A DNA stretch of 64,000 bases from NCBI RefSeq assembly GCF_009914755.1, contig NC_060933.1; one strand, written 5' to 3'. This document shows, one piece after another, positions 1 through 16,386 of the stretch. The notes below the pieces were generated by a model, which was not told the DNA's origin, searched no databases, and saw nothing but the letters and a program-made list of their open reading frames with translations. Made by a program: the position numbers and the translations under genes. This stretch comes from the human T2T-CHM13v2.0 reference genome, Homo sapiens. Each line of letters begins with the position of its first letter. Position 1 is the stretch's first letter.

Positions 1-971
1 ACAAAAATGATCTTTGCTGGCATTAAGAAGAAGGCAGAAAGAAAAATGATAGCTTATCTCAAAAAAAGCTACTAGTGAGTAATTATTGACCACTGCCTTA
101 TTTATTACAAATGTCTCATGACTTTTTTATGTGTACCATACTTTAATAGATCTCATACACCAGAATTCAGATCGTGAATTACTGACAGAATATTTTATTG
201 GGCCGTCCTGATTTAAAACTGATTTAAGACTGGCTTGTGGTTAAATGAATATGTTCAGTGTTTGAATTTTAATAGTAATTCCAATTCAGTAAATGCTATC
301 ACTGTTTACCCCTTCTAAAAATATAATTAGACTTCATTAGTAATGTTCAACTTTTCACAAAGATGGTGAGTGCCATCTTAAAACTTACTGGAGTTTGGTT
401 TTATATTTAGATTTATATAACTAGTTATGTGAATATATTTAAATACTGGGGAAATTCCTTCACTGTGTCAGAACCAAGCAAGATTCACCTGTGTTTTGTG
501 TTCATTTGCCTCTTAAAGGCAAGGGTTGAAGATAAATAAGGTAGCAATGGCTACTTTATATTTTTGGCCTTAATTATGCCAATCTAACCAGAATCACTGT
601 ATTTAAAATGGTTCCTTTTACTTATTGAAAGGCATTTTAGTGTGGTTTGTGTGTAATATCAAAGATCATTTAACACTTTTAAAATTTTATAGATGATCTA
701 TAAGGTCACATGCTTTTAAAATAGTAGCAAGTTAAACTTCACTCTTGAATTCTTTATAATCTAAGTCAAACTAAGTTATAATTTAGGATGGTCTTTAAAG
801 AGCCATTCAGAAAGATAAAACTGTAGAACTGCTGTGTATTCGTGATTGGGAATGGTGCTTTGGCCAACTTAAAAGTAGAGAAGATATACACAAATTTTAA
901 AATTATGTGTGATCATAAGACTTAAAATAACTGAAAAGAAAACCACAGATCATGAAAAATAGATAAATAAA
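1..971 (+). pseudogene. Processed cytochrome c (CYCS-derived) pseudogene, 3' part; begins upstream of the window
   Basis: Positions 1-82 read TKMIFAGIKKKAERKMIAYLKK/ATSE*, matching the cytochrome c C-terminus with a one-codon deletion and a +1 frameshift in the A7 run (61-67). CYCS-like 3'UTR follows, then an A-rich tail at about 952-971. Confidence 0.93.
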
Positions 972-1246
972 TTATCTCTGTTTGGAAATACTCAATTTTT
1001 TTATTCATTCTAAATGTCTTTATAGTCTATGAGAAATTATATACAAATAACTCAGGCCACAGATTAAATAAATATATACTAGATATTAAAAACAATGGTA
1101 GGAATGTGTTTTAAAATGTAGCATGAAAGTGTATTCCTAAAAATGTATGTAATAGTAGCCAGTGCAGCTATAGTCATTTGAAAATTGCATTTTTAGTCCC
1201 ATAAAAGTAAAACATTGACTATGAAAATGTAGAAAATACCAATAAG

Positions 1247-1490
1247 GGTCGGGTGCTGTGGCTCACACCTGTAATGCCAGGAGGCCAAGGAGGGAGGATT
1301 GCTTAAGCTCAGGAATTCAAGACCAGCCTGGGCAACATAGTGAGACCTTGTCTCTACAAAAAATTTTTTAAATGAGGCAGGAGGATTACTTGAGCCTAGG
1401 AGGTTGAGGCTGCAGTGAGCCATGATCATGCCAGTATGTTCCTGCCTGGGTGACAGAGCAAGACCTTCCCAAAAACAAAAGTAAAATGAA
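1247..1490 (+). mobile_element. AluJ-type SINE with internal deletion
   Basis: Alu sequence flanked by TSD AGAAAATACCA(A/G)TAAG at 1231-1246 and 1491-1506. Confidence 0.88.
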
Positions 1491-1648
1491 AGAAAATACC
1501 AGTAAGCAGAAAAGAAACACAAATCATTTACAATCCCACCACTGTGAATATTCCATTAGTTTACTAATCTGTCTCTTTCTTAATCTATAGTAGATTCTGT
1601 TAAAAATGGTTATTATCAAAGGACAGCTCTCCTGTGTTTTTTGACCCT

Positions 1649-2063
1649 TGTTAAAAATCAAATTTTGACAAATTTTACTTAAAGATCTTTTATTAGGGAT
1701 TCATGAATTGGGCAGCATCCCATCTAAAGACTTCAAAAGCCACTCCAATGAGCTGAACAAAGGAGGTACTTATAAGTAGAAAAAGGCCAAGGAAAGCAGA
1801 AAGAAGGAGCAAAAAACAGATTGGTAGTTACAAAGTTACTTTCCTTACAGGATTCAAACAAAGGAGACTTCTTTACCATGCCAGCTCAGGTAAACTGGGC
1901 CTCTACTGATTGCTGTGAATCTCTGGATTTTTGGAATATTGGCTCATTTTAGAGTTTGATTAATTACATTAATGAGTGACTCCATTCTGGTTTGGTCTGG
2001 CCAGTTGAGCCTAGTCCAAGTACTCAGTCCAAAACAATGGCCTCCCATAATTTTTATGTGACA
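1649..2063 (-). mobile_element. Solo ERV1 LTR, MER31-like
   Basis: TG...CA ends with a near 4-bp TSD (CCCT/TCCT). Reverse-complement similarity to 16387-16862 (CCAGAATGGAGTCACTCA; GGAGGCCATTGTTTTGGACTGAG). Confidence 0.7.
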
Positions 2064-3329
2064 TCCTCTTTATTTGAATTGAATATGTATACATTAAGTA
2101 TCTATTTTTAACCTATCCCATGAACAAATGGTCTTATTCCTGTTTTAAGATCAGAAGCTTTTATCCACCCTGTGTATAAACCACAGCAGATTTAATTTAA
2201 TTCCAGATTAATTTCCCCTGGATACCTGTAGATATCTGGGCCATCATGTGTCTTTAATGAAAGGTATTAGTAAAAACTAATTTTTAAAGTTTGTTTTAGT
2301 CATTTGAGTAATAACAATAACAAAATAATAATAATAGAATAAATAACATATAAAGGAAAAAAGTCAGCCATACTCCCATCATTAGTATTTTGGTCAATCT
2401 GTTTCAGTTTGTATATATTTATTTTTACATATTTGTACACAATTTTGTATTTTACTTCCTTTATAGAAATTTTTACCATTTTTACCATTAAAAAGTTGAT
2501 TTTTAATGCATTGCCAAGATAATGTTCTGCAGCTAATGCCAACACATATCTTTTCTAGCTCCTTTTACCTGAAGACTCCTAGGTGCTGACCATCCTGACT
2601 TGGGCAATTTATAGTATTCACTGTCATCATTGCTATTATTTCTTGAACACTTCTTATGTTTCTGATACTTTATATCAGTGGCCTACCTGAACAAGTTCTC
2701 CTTCACCATGTCCATTGAACATTATTATTGGATGGCTATCTCTTTCTTTCTACCTGATAGTTGAGTTAGTATTTTCAGCCCCCATGCTGACTGATCTCTA
2801 CATCTTCCTTCATTCTATATGCCTTTTTTGCAAAAGTTCTATCATGCCTCCAACATAATCAGCCTTATCATGCCAGGATGTACAAATCAACTGACTCTAG
2901 TTCAGTGTTTTCTTTCCTTTGAGCAAAAGCTCTTTGAAAACAGAGATACTAAGCAAGGACCACAGGGAAGGTTTTCTTCTCTCTGTGATTAGTTGCATTT
3001 GTTGCCTGGTGCACATGGGGAAAGTATCGTCATTTAGATCATTTTCTTCTGTTCCATCTGATGCTGCCGTTTAGATAGTTCAAAACAGGGAAAACAGACT
3101 CCTGCTAATTACTTGCAGATTTTTAAAGTGTGAATGCCCTTAATAGCTTAAATTCTTATAAAGAGATTGTAGAATAATTATACTTTTAGCCTACACCTTC
3201 TAAATTCTCTTTTCTAAGTGATTATTACTTGGATCCGTGGTAGACCTCCCATGTAGACAATCAACTTAAAAATACCTCAAATTTGTAAAGATGTAGATAA
3301 AACTGAACTGTTTTTATTAAATTCTAGGT

Positions 3330-4085
3330 CTTCTGTTGCTGGCCAGTTTTAACTTAATACTGCATTATTTATTTTGTTACTCAAATTGTTTCCACTTTTG
3401 CCATTGGGAGCTCTTTCTGTTGCTTCTGCATCTTTTTGACATTCTCATCAGTCTCTGTGTTTTGAGCACTTCCCTACTTTTCTGGCAATACATGATGCTC
3501 CAGGCTCATCTTGTATATTCCCTGCTCTAGCCCTAAAATTAATCATTTCAACCAAGGATCCCTGGTTCCTTTTATTGGAAAATAGTATTAGAAACCAGAT
3601 TTGCTCTGATATGCTCATCACTCTTGGAGTGTCATTGCTTTTAGGCCGTGTCAGTGACCATAGGTAGGAACTATATGTATGTATATTAACCTGTGTATGC
3701 ATACATATTTTTATTTCTATGTTTACTCATCAGTGTCTATATTTAAGCTAAAGAGGATTTCACCCTGATGTCTTAGAATCTAACTGAGAACTACACAGTT
3801 TATTCTAACCTTTCCTCCTTACTTATCCGTAACCTCCCAGTCCATAGTGAGAAATCTGGCTCCTACCATTCACCATCCTTTTACTTATTTTTTCAATTCC
3901 AGTATACATATACAGCAGTATCAGAGCTATTAACCCATACTTCCATAAAAACTAACTACAGAACGGTACTTATGTACAGGGTTTTTTGTTGTTGTTGCTT
4001 TCTTTTACAGTTTCCATTCATTTCCAAAGTTTCTTAAACTGCAGTCTCCCCATCCCCTTCAGTGAGATTGTGTCATGTCATGCAT
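3330..4085 (-). mobile_element. Old L1M (L1MC-like) 3' remnant
   Basis: Degenerate L1MC 3'-end motifs, similar to 30600-30960 and to the reverse copy near 42050-42330. Boundaries approximate. Confidence 0.5.
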
Positions 4086-4093
4086 TTATTATA

Positions 4094-4925
4094 CAAGCAT
4101 GCCTCAGAGATATTGCAGGTTGGTTCCAGACCACCACAATAAAGTGAATATCACAATCAAGCAAGTCATACAAATGTGGTTTCCCAGTGCCTATAATAGT
4201 TATGTTTTCACTAGACTGTAGTTTATTAAGTGTGCAGTAGCATTAGGTCTAAAAAAAATAATGTATATACGTTAATTTTAAAATATTGCTACAAAATACT
4301 AAGGATCAACTGAGCCTCCAGTGAGTTGTAATCTGTTTTGGTTTAGGGTCTTGCCTCAGTGGTGATGGCTGCTGACTGATCGGGATAGACTTCTGCTGAA
4401 AGCTGGGGTGGCTGTGACTGTTTCTTAAAATAACAATGACGTTTACTGCTTCATTGTTGACTCTTCTTTCATGAAAGATCTTTCTGTAGCATGTGATGCT
4501 GTTTGATAGCACTTTGCCCACAGTGGAACTTCTTTCAAAACTGGAGTCAGTCCTCTTAAACCCTGCCACTGCTTTATCAACCAAGTTTAAGGAATATTCT
4601 AAATCCTTTGTTTTCAGTTCATCAGAGGGCAGCATCTTCACTAGATGTAGATTCCCTATCAAGAAACCACTTTCTTTACTCATCCGTAAAAAGCAGTCCC
4701 TCCTTCATTCAAGTTTTATCATGAAATTGCAGCAATTTAGTCACATTTTCAGCTCCACTTCTAATTCTACTTCTCTTGCTGTTTACACTACATGTACAGA
4801 TACTTCCTCCACTGAAGTCTTGAACCTCTCCAAGTCATCCATGAGGGCTGGAATCAGCTTCTTCCTAACTCCTGTTAATGTTGGTATTTTGACCTCCTCC
4901 CATGAATTGCAAATGTCCTTCATTT
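4094..4925 (-). mobile_element. Tigger1 (TcMar) DNA transposon, 3' fragment
   Basis: TA followed by a CAAGCATGCCTCAGAGATATTGC terminus. Minus ORFs 4306-4683 and 4783-5001 resemble the Tigger1/TIGD1 transposase C-terminus (SWEEVKI..LTGV.KKLIP.LMDD). Confidence 0.85.
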
Positions 4926-5310
4926 GTGATTCATAAAGGAGAGTTCCTGTTACTCTCCATCCTTGCCACTTTGATATTGCTAGTTTTTTTAAAAAATCCA
5001 TTCTAATAGATGTGTAATGGTATGTATTATGGTTTTAGTTTGCACATCCCCTATACTGAGCATCTTTTCATATACTTAGTTGCTATCTATATGTTTTCAG
5101 CAAGGTGTCTGTTCAGATCTTGTGCCTATGTTTTTTAGTAGAAATTTTAAAATATAGTATCAAAGTTTTATTTATAATTTAAAAATAATTATAAAGTTCA
5201 AACAATACAGAAATGTATAAAGGGAATAAAATAGGATATACCCTTCCTCTTTGCTCCACACCTAAATTTCTGAAAATGACTCCCCCCCTCTACAAAAAAT
5301 ACAATAAATG

Positions 5311-5470
5311 AGCCGGACGTGGTGGCGTGTGCCTGTAGTCCCAGCTACTTAGGAGGCTGAGGTGGGAAAAACACCTGAGCCCACGAGGTCAAGGCTGCAG
5401 TGAGCCGTGATCGCACCACTGCACACCAGCCTGGGTGACAGAGTGAGACCCTGTCTCAAAAAAATAAAAA
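5311..5470 (+). mobile_element. Alu right monomer (FRAM/AluJ-like)
   Basis: AGCCGGACGTGGTGGCG...GAGACCCTGTCTCAAAA. Confidence 0.8.
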
Positions 5471-6044
5471 CTCATCAGCAAACCAAAGGTCATGTAGCTT
5501 TTCTCCTATATTTTTTTCTAGAAGTTTGATAGTTTCTGCATTTATATTTAGGTCTAAGATACATTTTGAATTAATTTTTATGTAAGGTGTGAGTGAGGTT
5601 GAATTCACTTCATATAAACATCCAGATGTCTTGCATCATTTGTTGAAAAAACTTTTCTTTCTCCATTGGATTGTCTTTGCACCTTTTTCAAAAATTAGTC
5701 GACTATATTTTTCTGGGTCTATTTCCAATCTCTCTATTCTGTTCCATTGATTGAAGTGTCTAATGTTTTGCCCCTCTATATTTATTGTTGTAGCTTTATA
5801 TTAAGTCTTGAAATCAGGTAATGTAAATCCTGCAACTTTGTTCTTCTTTTCCGAGTGGAATTGGCTCTTCTAGCACCTTTCCCTTTTCATATAAATTTTA
5901 GAATAAGCTTGTATATGTCTACAAAATACCTGGCTGGGATTTCAATATGAATTTTATTACACCTATAGATCAACTTGGAGAGAATTAGCATCTTTACTGT
6001 GTTATCTTTCAATCAAGAACACAAAATATTTCTTCATTTATTTA

Positions 6045-6310
6045 GATTTACTTTAAGTTCCAGGGTACATGTGCAGGATGTGCAGGTTTTTTACATAGGT
6101 AAATGTGTACCATGGTAGTTTGCTGCACAGATCAACCCATCACCCAGGTATTAAGCCCAGCATTAGCTGTTCTTCCTGATGCTCTTCCTCCCCCGACCCC
6201 CCAACAGGCCCCAGTGTATGTTGTTCCCCTCTGTGTGTCCATGTTTTCTCATCGTTCAGTTCCCATTTATAAGTGAGAACATGTGGCCTGCATCAGTTTG
6301 CTGAGGATGA
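6045..6310 (-). mobile_element. 5'-truncated L1PA 3' end (older PA subfamily)
   Basis: CTTTAAGTTCCAGGGTACATGTGCAGG... is the reverse of an L1PA 3'UTR. Confidence 0.8.
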
Positions 6311-6958
6311 CTTTGTATCTTGCAACCTTGTGAAACTCACCTGTGCGGGAGTTATTCAGTAGATTCTTTGGGGTTTTCTGCATCCATGGACAACCATGAA
6401 AGACAATTATGTTGTCTGTGAATAAAGAGAGCTTTCTTTCTTTCCAATCTGCATACCTTTCTCTTTTTTTTTTTTTGTCTTATTACACTTAGCTAGGACT
6501 TTTAATATGAAGTTCAGTAGAAGTGGTGAGAGAGCACATCTTGCCTCGTTCCTGATTTAAGGGGGAAACATCAAGTCTCTCACTATTTTTTTTCATTATA
6601 CTTTAAGTTTTAGGGTACATGTGCACAATGTGCAGGTTTGTTACATATGTATACATGTGCCATGTTGGTGTGCTGCACCCATTAACTCGTCATTTAGCAT
6701 TAGGTATATCTACTAATGCTATCCCTCCCCCCTCCCCCCACCCCACAACAGTTCTCGGTGTGTGATGTTCCCCTTCCTGTGTCCATGTGTTCTCATTGTT
6801 CAATTCCCACCTATGAGTGAGAACACGCGGTGTTTGGTTTTTTGTCCCTGCAATGGTTTGCTGAGAATGATGGTTTCCATCTTCATCCATATCCCTACAA
6901 AGGACGTGAACTCATCATTTTTTATGGCTGCATAGTATTCCATGCTGTATATGTGTCA

Positions 6959-8209
<1,251 letters not shown>

Positions 8210-8212
8210 CTA

Positions 8213-8383
<171 letters not shown>

Positions 8384-8422
8384 TTATCTGTTATTGGTGT
8401 TTAAGAATGCTTGTGATTTTTA

Positions 8423-10475
<2,053 letters not shown>

Positions 10476-11056
10476 TCAGTTCAATTCCTGGATATCCTTG
10501 TTAACTTTCTGTATAGCTGATCTGTCTAATGGGGATAGTGGGGTGTTAAAGTCTCCCATTATTATTGTGTGGGAGTCTAAGTCTCTTTGTAGTTCTCTAA
10601 GGACTTGCTTTATGAATCTGGGTGCTCCTGTATTGGGTGTATATATGTTTAGGGTAGTTAGCTCTTCTTGTTGAATTGATCCCTTTACCATTATGTAATG
10701 GCCTTCTTTGTTTCTTTTGATCTTTGTTGGTTTAAAGTCTGTTTTATCAGAGACTGGGATTGCAACCCCTGCTTATTTTTTTTGTTTTCCATTTGGTAGA
10801 TCTTCCTCCATCCTTTTATTTTGAGCCTATGTGTGTCTCTGCACATGAGATGGGTTTCCTGAATACAGCACCCTGTTGGGTCTTGACTCTTTATCCAATT
10901 TGCCAGTCTGTGTCTTTTAATTGGAGCATTTAGCCCATTTACATTTAAGGTTAATATTGTTATGTGTGAATTTGATCCTGTCAAATTCACTAACCTGATG
11001 TTAGCTGGTTATTTTGCTCGTTAGTTGATGCATTTTCTTCCTAGCCTTGATGGTCT

Positions 11057-12073
11057 TTACAATTTGGCATGTTTTTGCAGCAGCTGGTACCGGTTGTTCC
11101 TTTCCATGCTTAGTGCTTCCTTCAGGAGCTCTTTTAGGGCAGGCCTGGTGGTGACAAAATCTCTGAGCATTTGCTTGTCTGTAAAGTATTTTATTTCTCC
11201 TTCACTTATGAAGCTTAGTTTGGCTGGATATGAAATTCTGAGTTGAAAATTCTTTTCTTTAAAAATGTTGAATATCGGCCCCCACTCTCTTCTGGCTTGT
11301 AGAGTTTCTGCCGAGAGATCCACTGTTAGTCTGATGGGCTTCCCCTTGTGGGTAACCCGACCTTTCTCTCTGGCTGCCCTTAACATTTTTTCCTTCATTT
11401 CAACTTTGGTGAATCTGACAATTATGTGTCTTGGAATTGCTCTTCTCAAGGAGTATCTTTGTGGCGTTCTCTGTATTTCCTGAATTTGAATGTTGGCCTG
11501 CCTTGCTAGATTGGGGAAGTTCTCCTGGATAATATCCTGCAGAGTGTTTTCCAACTTGGTTCCATTCTCCCCGTCACTTTCAGGTGCACTAATCTGATGT
11601 AGATTTGGTCTTTTCACATAGTCCCATATTTCTTGGAGGCTTTGTTCATTTCTTTTTATTCTTTTTTCTCCAAGCTTCTCTTCTCACTTCATTTCATTCA
11701 TTTGATCTTCCATCACTGATACCCTTTCTTCCAGTTGATCGAATCGGCTACTGAGGCTTGTGCATTTGTCATGTAGTTCTCGTGGCTTGGTTTTCAGCTC
11801 CATCAGGTCCTTTAAGGACTTATCTGCATTGGTTATTCTAGTTAGCCATTCATCTAATTTTTTTTCAAGGTTTTTAACTTCTTTACCATGGGTTTGAACT
11901 TCCTCCTTTAGCTCGGAGTAGTTTGATCATCTGAAGCCTTCTTCTCTCAGCTCATCAAAGTCATTCTCCGTCCAGCTTTGTTCCGTTGCTGGTGAGGAGC
12001 TGTGTTCCTTTGGAGGAGGAGAGGCGCTCTGATTTTTAGAGTTTCCAGTTTTTCTGCTCTGTTTTTTCCCCAT
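11057..12073 (-). pseudogene. L1 ORF1p remnant
   Basis: ATG at 12073. The C-terminal ORF 11057-11617 (KRPNL...ENFPNLARQANIQIQEIQRTP) is ORF1p; the N-terminal part is interrupted. Confidence 0.88.
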
Positions 12074-13117
12074 CTTTGTGGTTTTATCTACCTTTGGTCT
12101 TTGATGTTGGTGACGTACAGATGGGGTTTTGTTGTGGATGTCCTTTCTGTTTGTTAGTTTTCCTTCTAACAGTCAGGACCCTCAGCTGCAGGTCTGTTGG
12201 AGTTTGCTGGAGGTCCACTCCAGACCCTGTTTGCCTGGATATCAGCAGTGGAGGCTGCAGAACAGCGATATTGCTGAACAGCAAATGTTGCTGCCTGATT
12301 GTTCCTCTGGAAGTTTTGTCTCAGAGGAGTACCCGACCATGTGAGGTGTCAGACTGCCCCTACTGGGGGGTGCCTCCCAGTTAGGCTACTCAGGGGTCAG
12401 GGATCCACTTGAGGAGGCAGTCTGTCCGTTCTCAGATCTCAAACTGCGTACTGGGAGAACCACTACTCTCTTCAAAGCTGTCAGACAGGGATATTTAAGT
12501 CTGCAGAGGTTTCTGCTGCCTTTTGTTTGGCTATGCCCTGCCCCCAGAGGTGGAGTCTACAGAGGCAGGCAGGCCTCCTTGAGCTGCACTGGGCTCCACC
12601 CAGTTCGAGCTTCTCGGCCGCTTTGTTTACCTACTCAAGCCTTGGCAATGGCGGGCGCCCCTCCCCTCGCCTGGCTGCCACCTTGCCATTTGATCTCAGA
12701 CTGCTGTGTTAGCAGTGAGTGAGGCTCCGTGGGCATAGGAACCTCCAAGCCAGGTGTGGGATATAATCTCCTGGTGTGCCGTTTGCTAAGACCATTGGAA
12801 AAGTGCCGAATTAGGGTGGGAGTGACCTGATTTTCCAAGTGCCGTCTGTACCCCTTTCTTTGACTAGGAAAGGGAATTCCCTGACCCCTTGCACTTCCCG
12901 GGTGAGGTGATGCCTCGCCCTGCTTCGGCTCATGCTGGGTGCGCTGCACCCACTGTCCTGCACCCACTTTTTGACACTCCCCAGTGAGATGAACCCAGTA
13001 CCTCAGTTGGAAATGCAGAAATCACCCGTCTTCTGTGTTGCTCATGCTGGGAGCTGTAGACTGGAACGGTTCCTATTCAGCCATCTTGGCTCAACCCTCT
13101 TTAAGTCTCTCACTATT

Positions 13118-14530
13118 AAGTATGATATTAACTGTGACTTTTTAAAAATAGTCCTTATTAGGTTGAGGAAATTCTTTATCTAGTTTTGGTGTTAGGTTAA
13201 TGCTAGCCTTACAGAATGAATTGGGCGATGATCCCTACTCTTCTACTTTCTGGGAGAGATTATAGAATTGGTATTATTTCTTCCTTAAATGTTTGGTGGA
13301 ATTCACCAGTGAAACCATCTGAGTCTGTTGTTTTCCTTTTTGGGAAAGTTTCTTTTCTAATTTCACTACTAATTTTATTGCTTTATCAGGTATAGGATTA
13401 TTCATTATCTATATCCCCTTGAGGGAGTTTTAATAGTTTGTGCACTTGAAGGAACTGGTCCATTTTATATAATTAATCACATTTATAGGCACAGATTTAC
13501 TCATAGTATTCCTTTATTATCTTTTTGCTGTCCATGGGATTAATAGTGATAACCTCTTTTATTCTTGATACTGGCAATTTGTGTCTTCACTTTTTATTTT
13601 TTCTTGGTTAGTGGTCTGTCATTTCCTTCCTTCTTGCTTTAGGTTTAAATTCGTTTTCCTTAGTTTCCCAAGGAGGAAGCATAGGTTATTGATTTTAGGT
13701 CTTTCTTCTTTTCTAAAATATGCTTTTACTGCTATAAGTTTCTCTCTAAACATTACTTTAGCGGCATCCCATAAATTTTGATGTTGTGTTTTTAAAAATT
13801 ATTCTTAATTGTAAAATACACATAACAAAATTTATCATCTTAACCATTTTAAGTATACATTTCAGTGCTATTAAGTACATTCACATTGTTGTGCAAGATA
13901 TATATATACTTTAACTTTTACTTAGTTCAAAATATTTTTAAATTTCTCCTGAGACTTCTTAATCTATGTGTTATTTAGAAGTGTGTTGGGTATTTTTCAA
14001 ATATTTCCAGTTACCCAACTATCTTTCAGTTATTGATTCAGTTTAATTCTGGTGTGGTCTAAAAATATACTTTCTATTATTTCTCTTCTTTTACATTTGT
14101 TCAGGTGTGTTTTATGTCCCAGATTGTGTTCTATCTTGGTGACTGTTCCATGTGCTCTTCTGCTGTTGGATGGAATGTTCTATAAATATAAATTAGATCA
14201 AAACTTAGTTGATAGTGCTGTTCAAGTCATCTGTATCCTTACTGATTTTTCTGCCTGCTTAATCAGTTACTGAGAGAAGGATGTTGAAGCCTCAACTATA
14301 AATATAAATATATAGTGGGTTTGTCTATTTCTCCTTTAGTTTTTGCCTTGTATTAATGAAGTTAATATTTTTAGTTCTTGCAATTGGATGTATGATCAAT
14401 TTTGAGTTAATTTTTATATGTGATATAAGAGATTGAGACTCATGTTTTTGCCATATGGATTTTCAGTTGTTCCAGCACAGTTTGTTGGAAAGACTGTACT
14501 TTGTCTACCTCATTGTCTTTGCATTTTTGT
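13118..14530 (-). mobile_element. Old L1M remnants (continuation of the host element)
   Basis: Degenerate antisense L1 ORF2 resuming after the TSD. Confidence 0.6.
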
Positions 14531-15604
14531 TTGGGATTTTAAGAAAGCCATCCAGGTGATCTGATGGGTATCAATTAGGAATTGTTGGCCTTTTGTTGAG
14601 CTTCGAAGTGTCTTTGATAGTATCTTTGATTTGAGGTTGATTGAACCTATGGGAATAAGTTTCAATCAAATAAGCCACCTGTGGCTGCTTGTGGGAAAAA
14701 GGATGGGAAATATAGAAACCTTGGTTGTAAAAACCAGCTTCATCTATAGTTAACATCTTACCCATTCTTTATTATAATGTGTTTTCTTAAGGATCCAAAT
14801 CAAATAGCCTATTTCTTTAAATGATGAAATAGCAGAGTTCCTGCTGAAGTGTTGTTTTTCCCCAATCTGTGATTAGTCTCCTGAGAGCCTTGGAGACTTC
14901 TCTAGGGTATATTTGAGGTGTGAAATCACAGAAGCCAGTGAAGGTAATACTGTAGTAAACTACCAGATATAACACATTTCTAGGTGGCTGTCACTCCTTT
15001 CCCCAGGACTAACCTTATCAGAAATGTTGAGGGGTCTGAAAAAAGAAAAGGGTTTTTTTTTTAATGTTGCCTGGCTTCCTCTGGGGTGATTTGGAAAAAA
15101 AAAGGAATTTTATATAGTCATGTCATTTTTTTAGGTTATAAATTCAGAGGTGAGGACATTTCAGTTTAAAAGAAGACTATTTTTGTTTAGTTTTACTACA
15201 TAAGGTATCATAAGCAGTGCTTTAATTCTTTAAGAAGAAAATACTACAGTGGTATTAGGAGGCTGTTTTTATGGCATCCGAGCCACATAAACCTAGATAC
15301 AATAAATCTTCACTCAACCCTACATGATGAGGGATGTGGGTAAAATATGTAATTGATACTAGGGAAGGCATCCTAAAGGAGAGAAAATTGGGCTGAGGGT
15401 TGAAGTTATTGCTATCATGCATCCGTATCAAGCCTCTGTACCTTCTGCTGAGAAGAAAACAAATCCAACCCTCAGGGAATGGGAACACAAATCTGTCACA
15501 TAGAAAATGGGCAGGAAGTTAGAGATATAAATGTGATCAGGAAGAGTAAATAAGGATAGTGCTATTTCTTGTGTTTGTGTAGTGCCGCCACATAATTATA
15601 TATG

Positions 15605-16070
15605 TTCTTAGCAATAACCCTGAGATGCGTAAGGCATGATTACTGTTCCTACCTTACAGATGAAAAAGCCGGCATTCAGAGAGATTAAGTGATGATAGTT
15701 TTGGTGGTGGTGGTGGCAGCTGCCTTTTATTGAATGTTTATGCAGGTATACATCCAACAAATACTGAGTAGCACTATGTGCCAGGTCCTGTTCTAGGCTT
15801 TGGAGATAAAGCAGTTGACAAAGCAGACAAAAAAAATCTATTCCCTCATGGAGCTTACATTCCGGTAGGACAAGGCAGACAATAGACAGGACAAATAAAT
15901 AAAGTATATAATGTATTAGATGTGTTTTCTTCATAAGTCCTATGGAGAAAAATGGGAGAGTGATTTAAATTTTAATTAGGGTGATGTGGAGGGTTTTGAA
16001 GAGAGGGGTGACATGACTGGCTGAAGTTCACAGGATTACTGTAGCTGCTGTATTGAGAATAGACTGACTT
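15605..16070. mobile_element. MIR and L2 remnants
   Basis: MIR core (ACAGATGAAAAAGCC..CAGAGAGATTAAGT) and an L2 3' motif (CAACAAATACTGAGTAGCACTATGTGCCAGG). Confidence 0.6.
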
Positions 16071-16386
16071 ACATATTGGGGACAGAATTAGGTCTGCATA
16101 TACATTCTCAAGTCATCTTTACAATGATCCAGTAGGGTAGGTACTAAGTCTCAGAGATATAAATGTGCCTAAGATCACAAAGCTAATACGTGCCAACTCC
16201 TCTATTAAAATGTGTTGGGATTTTATAGTCTTACATTTAGACTAGCATTCCTGTTTCTGTTAGGAGATAGAAGGCTAAAATGTGTAAAGGGGCCAAGTTC
16301 CTGATATTTGTCTGAGATAACAGTGAATAAAAATTTGGATTAAAAAATCAGTAAATTATCAATATCTGCACAAAGGAAAACAGATT

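Larger units (their letters stand above)
4930..6572 (-). mobile_element. Old L1M ORF2 remnant (host of the L1PA insertion; continues at 13118)
   Basis: Degenerate antisense L1 ORF2 sequence interrupted by an Alu monomer and an L1PA 3' fragment. Confidence 0.65.
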
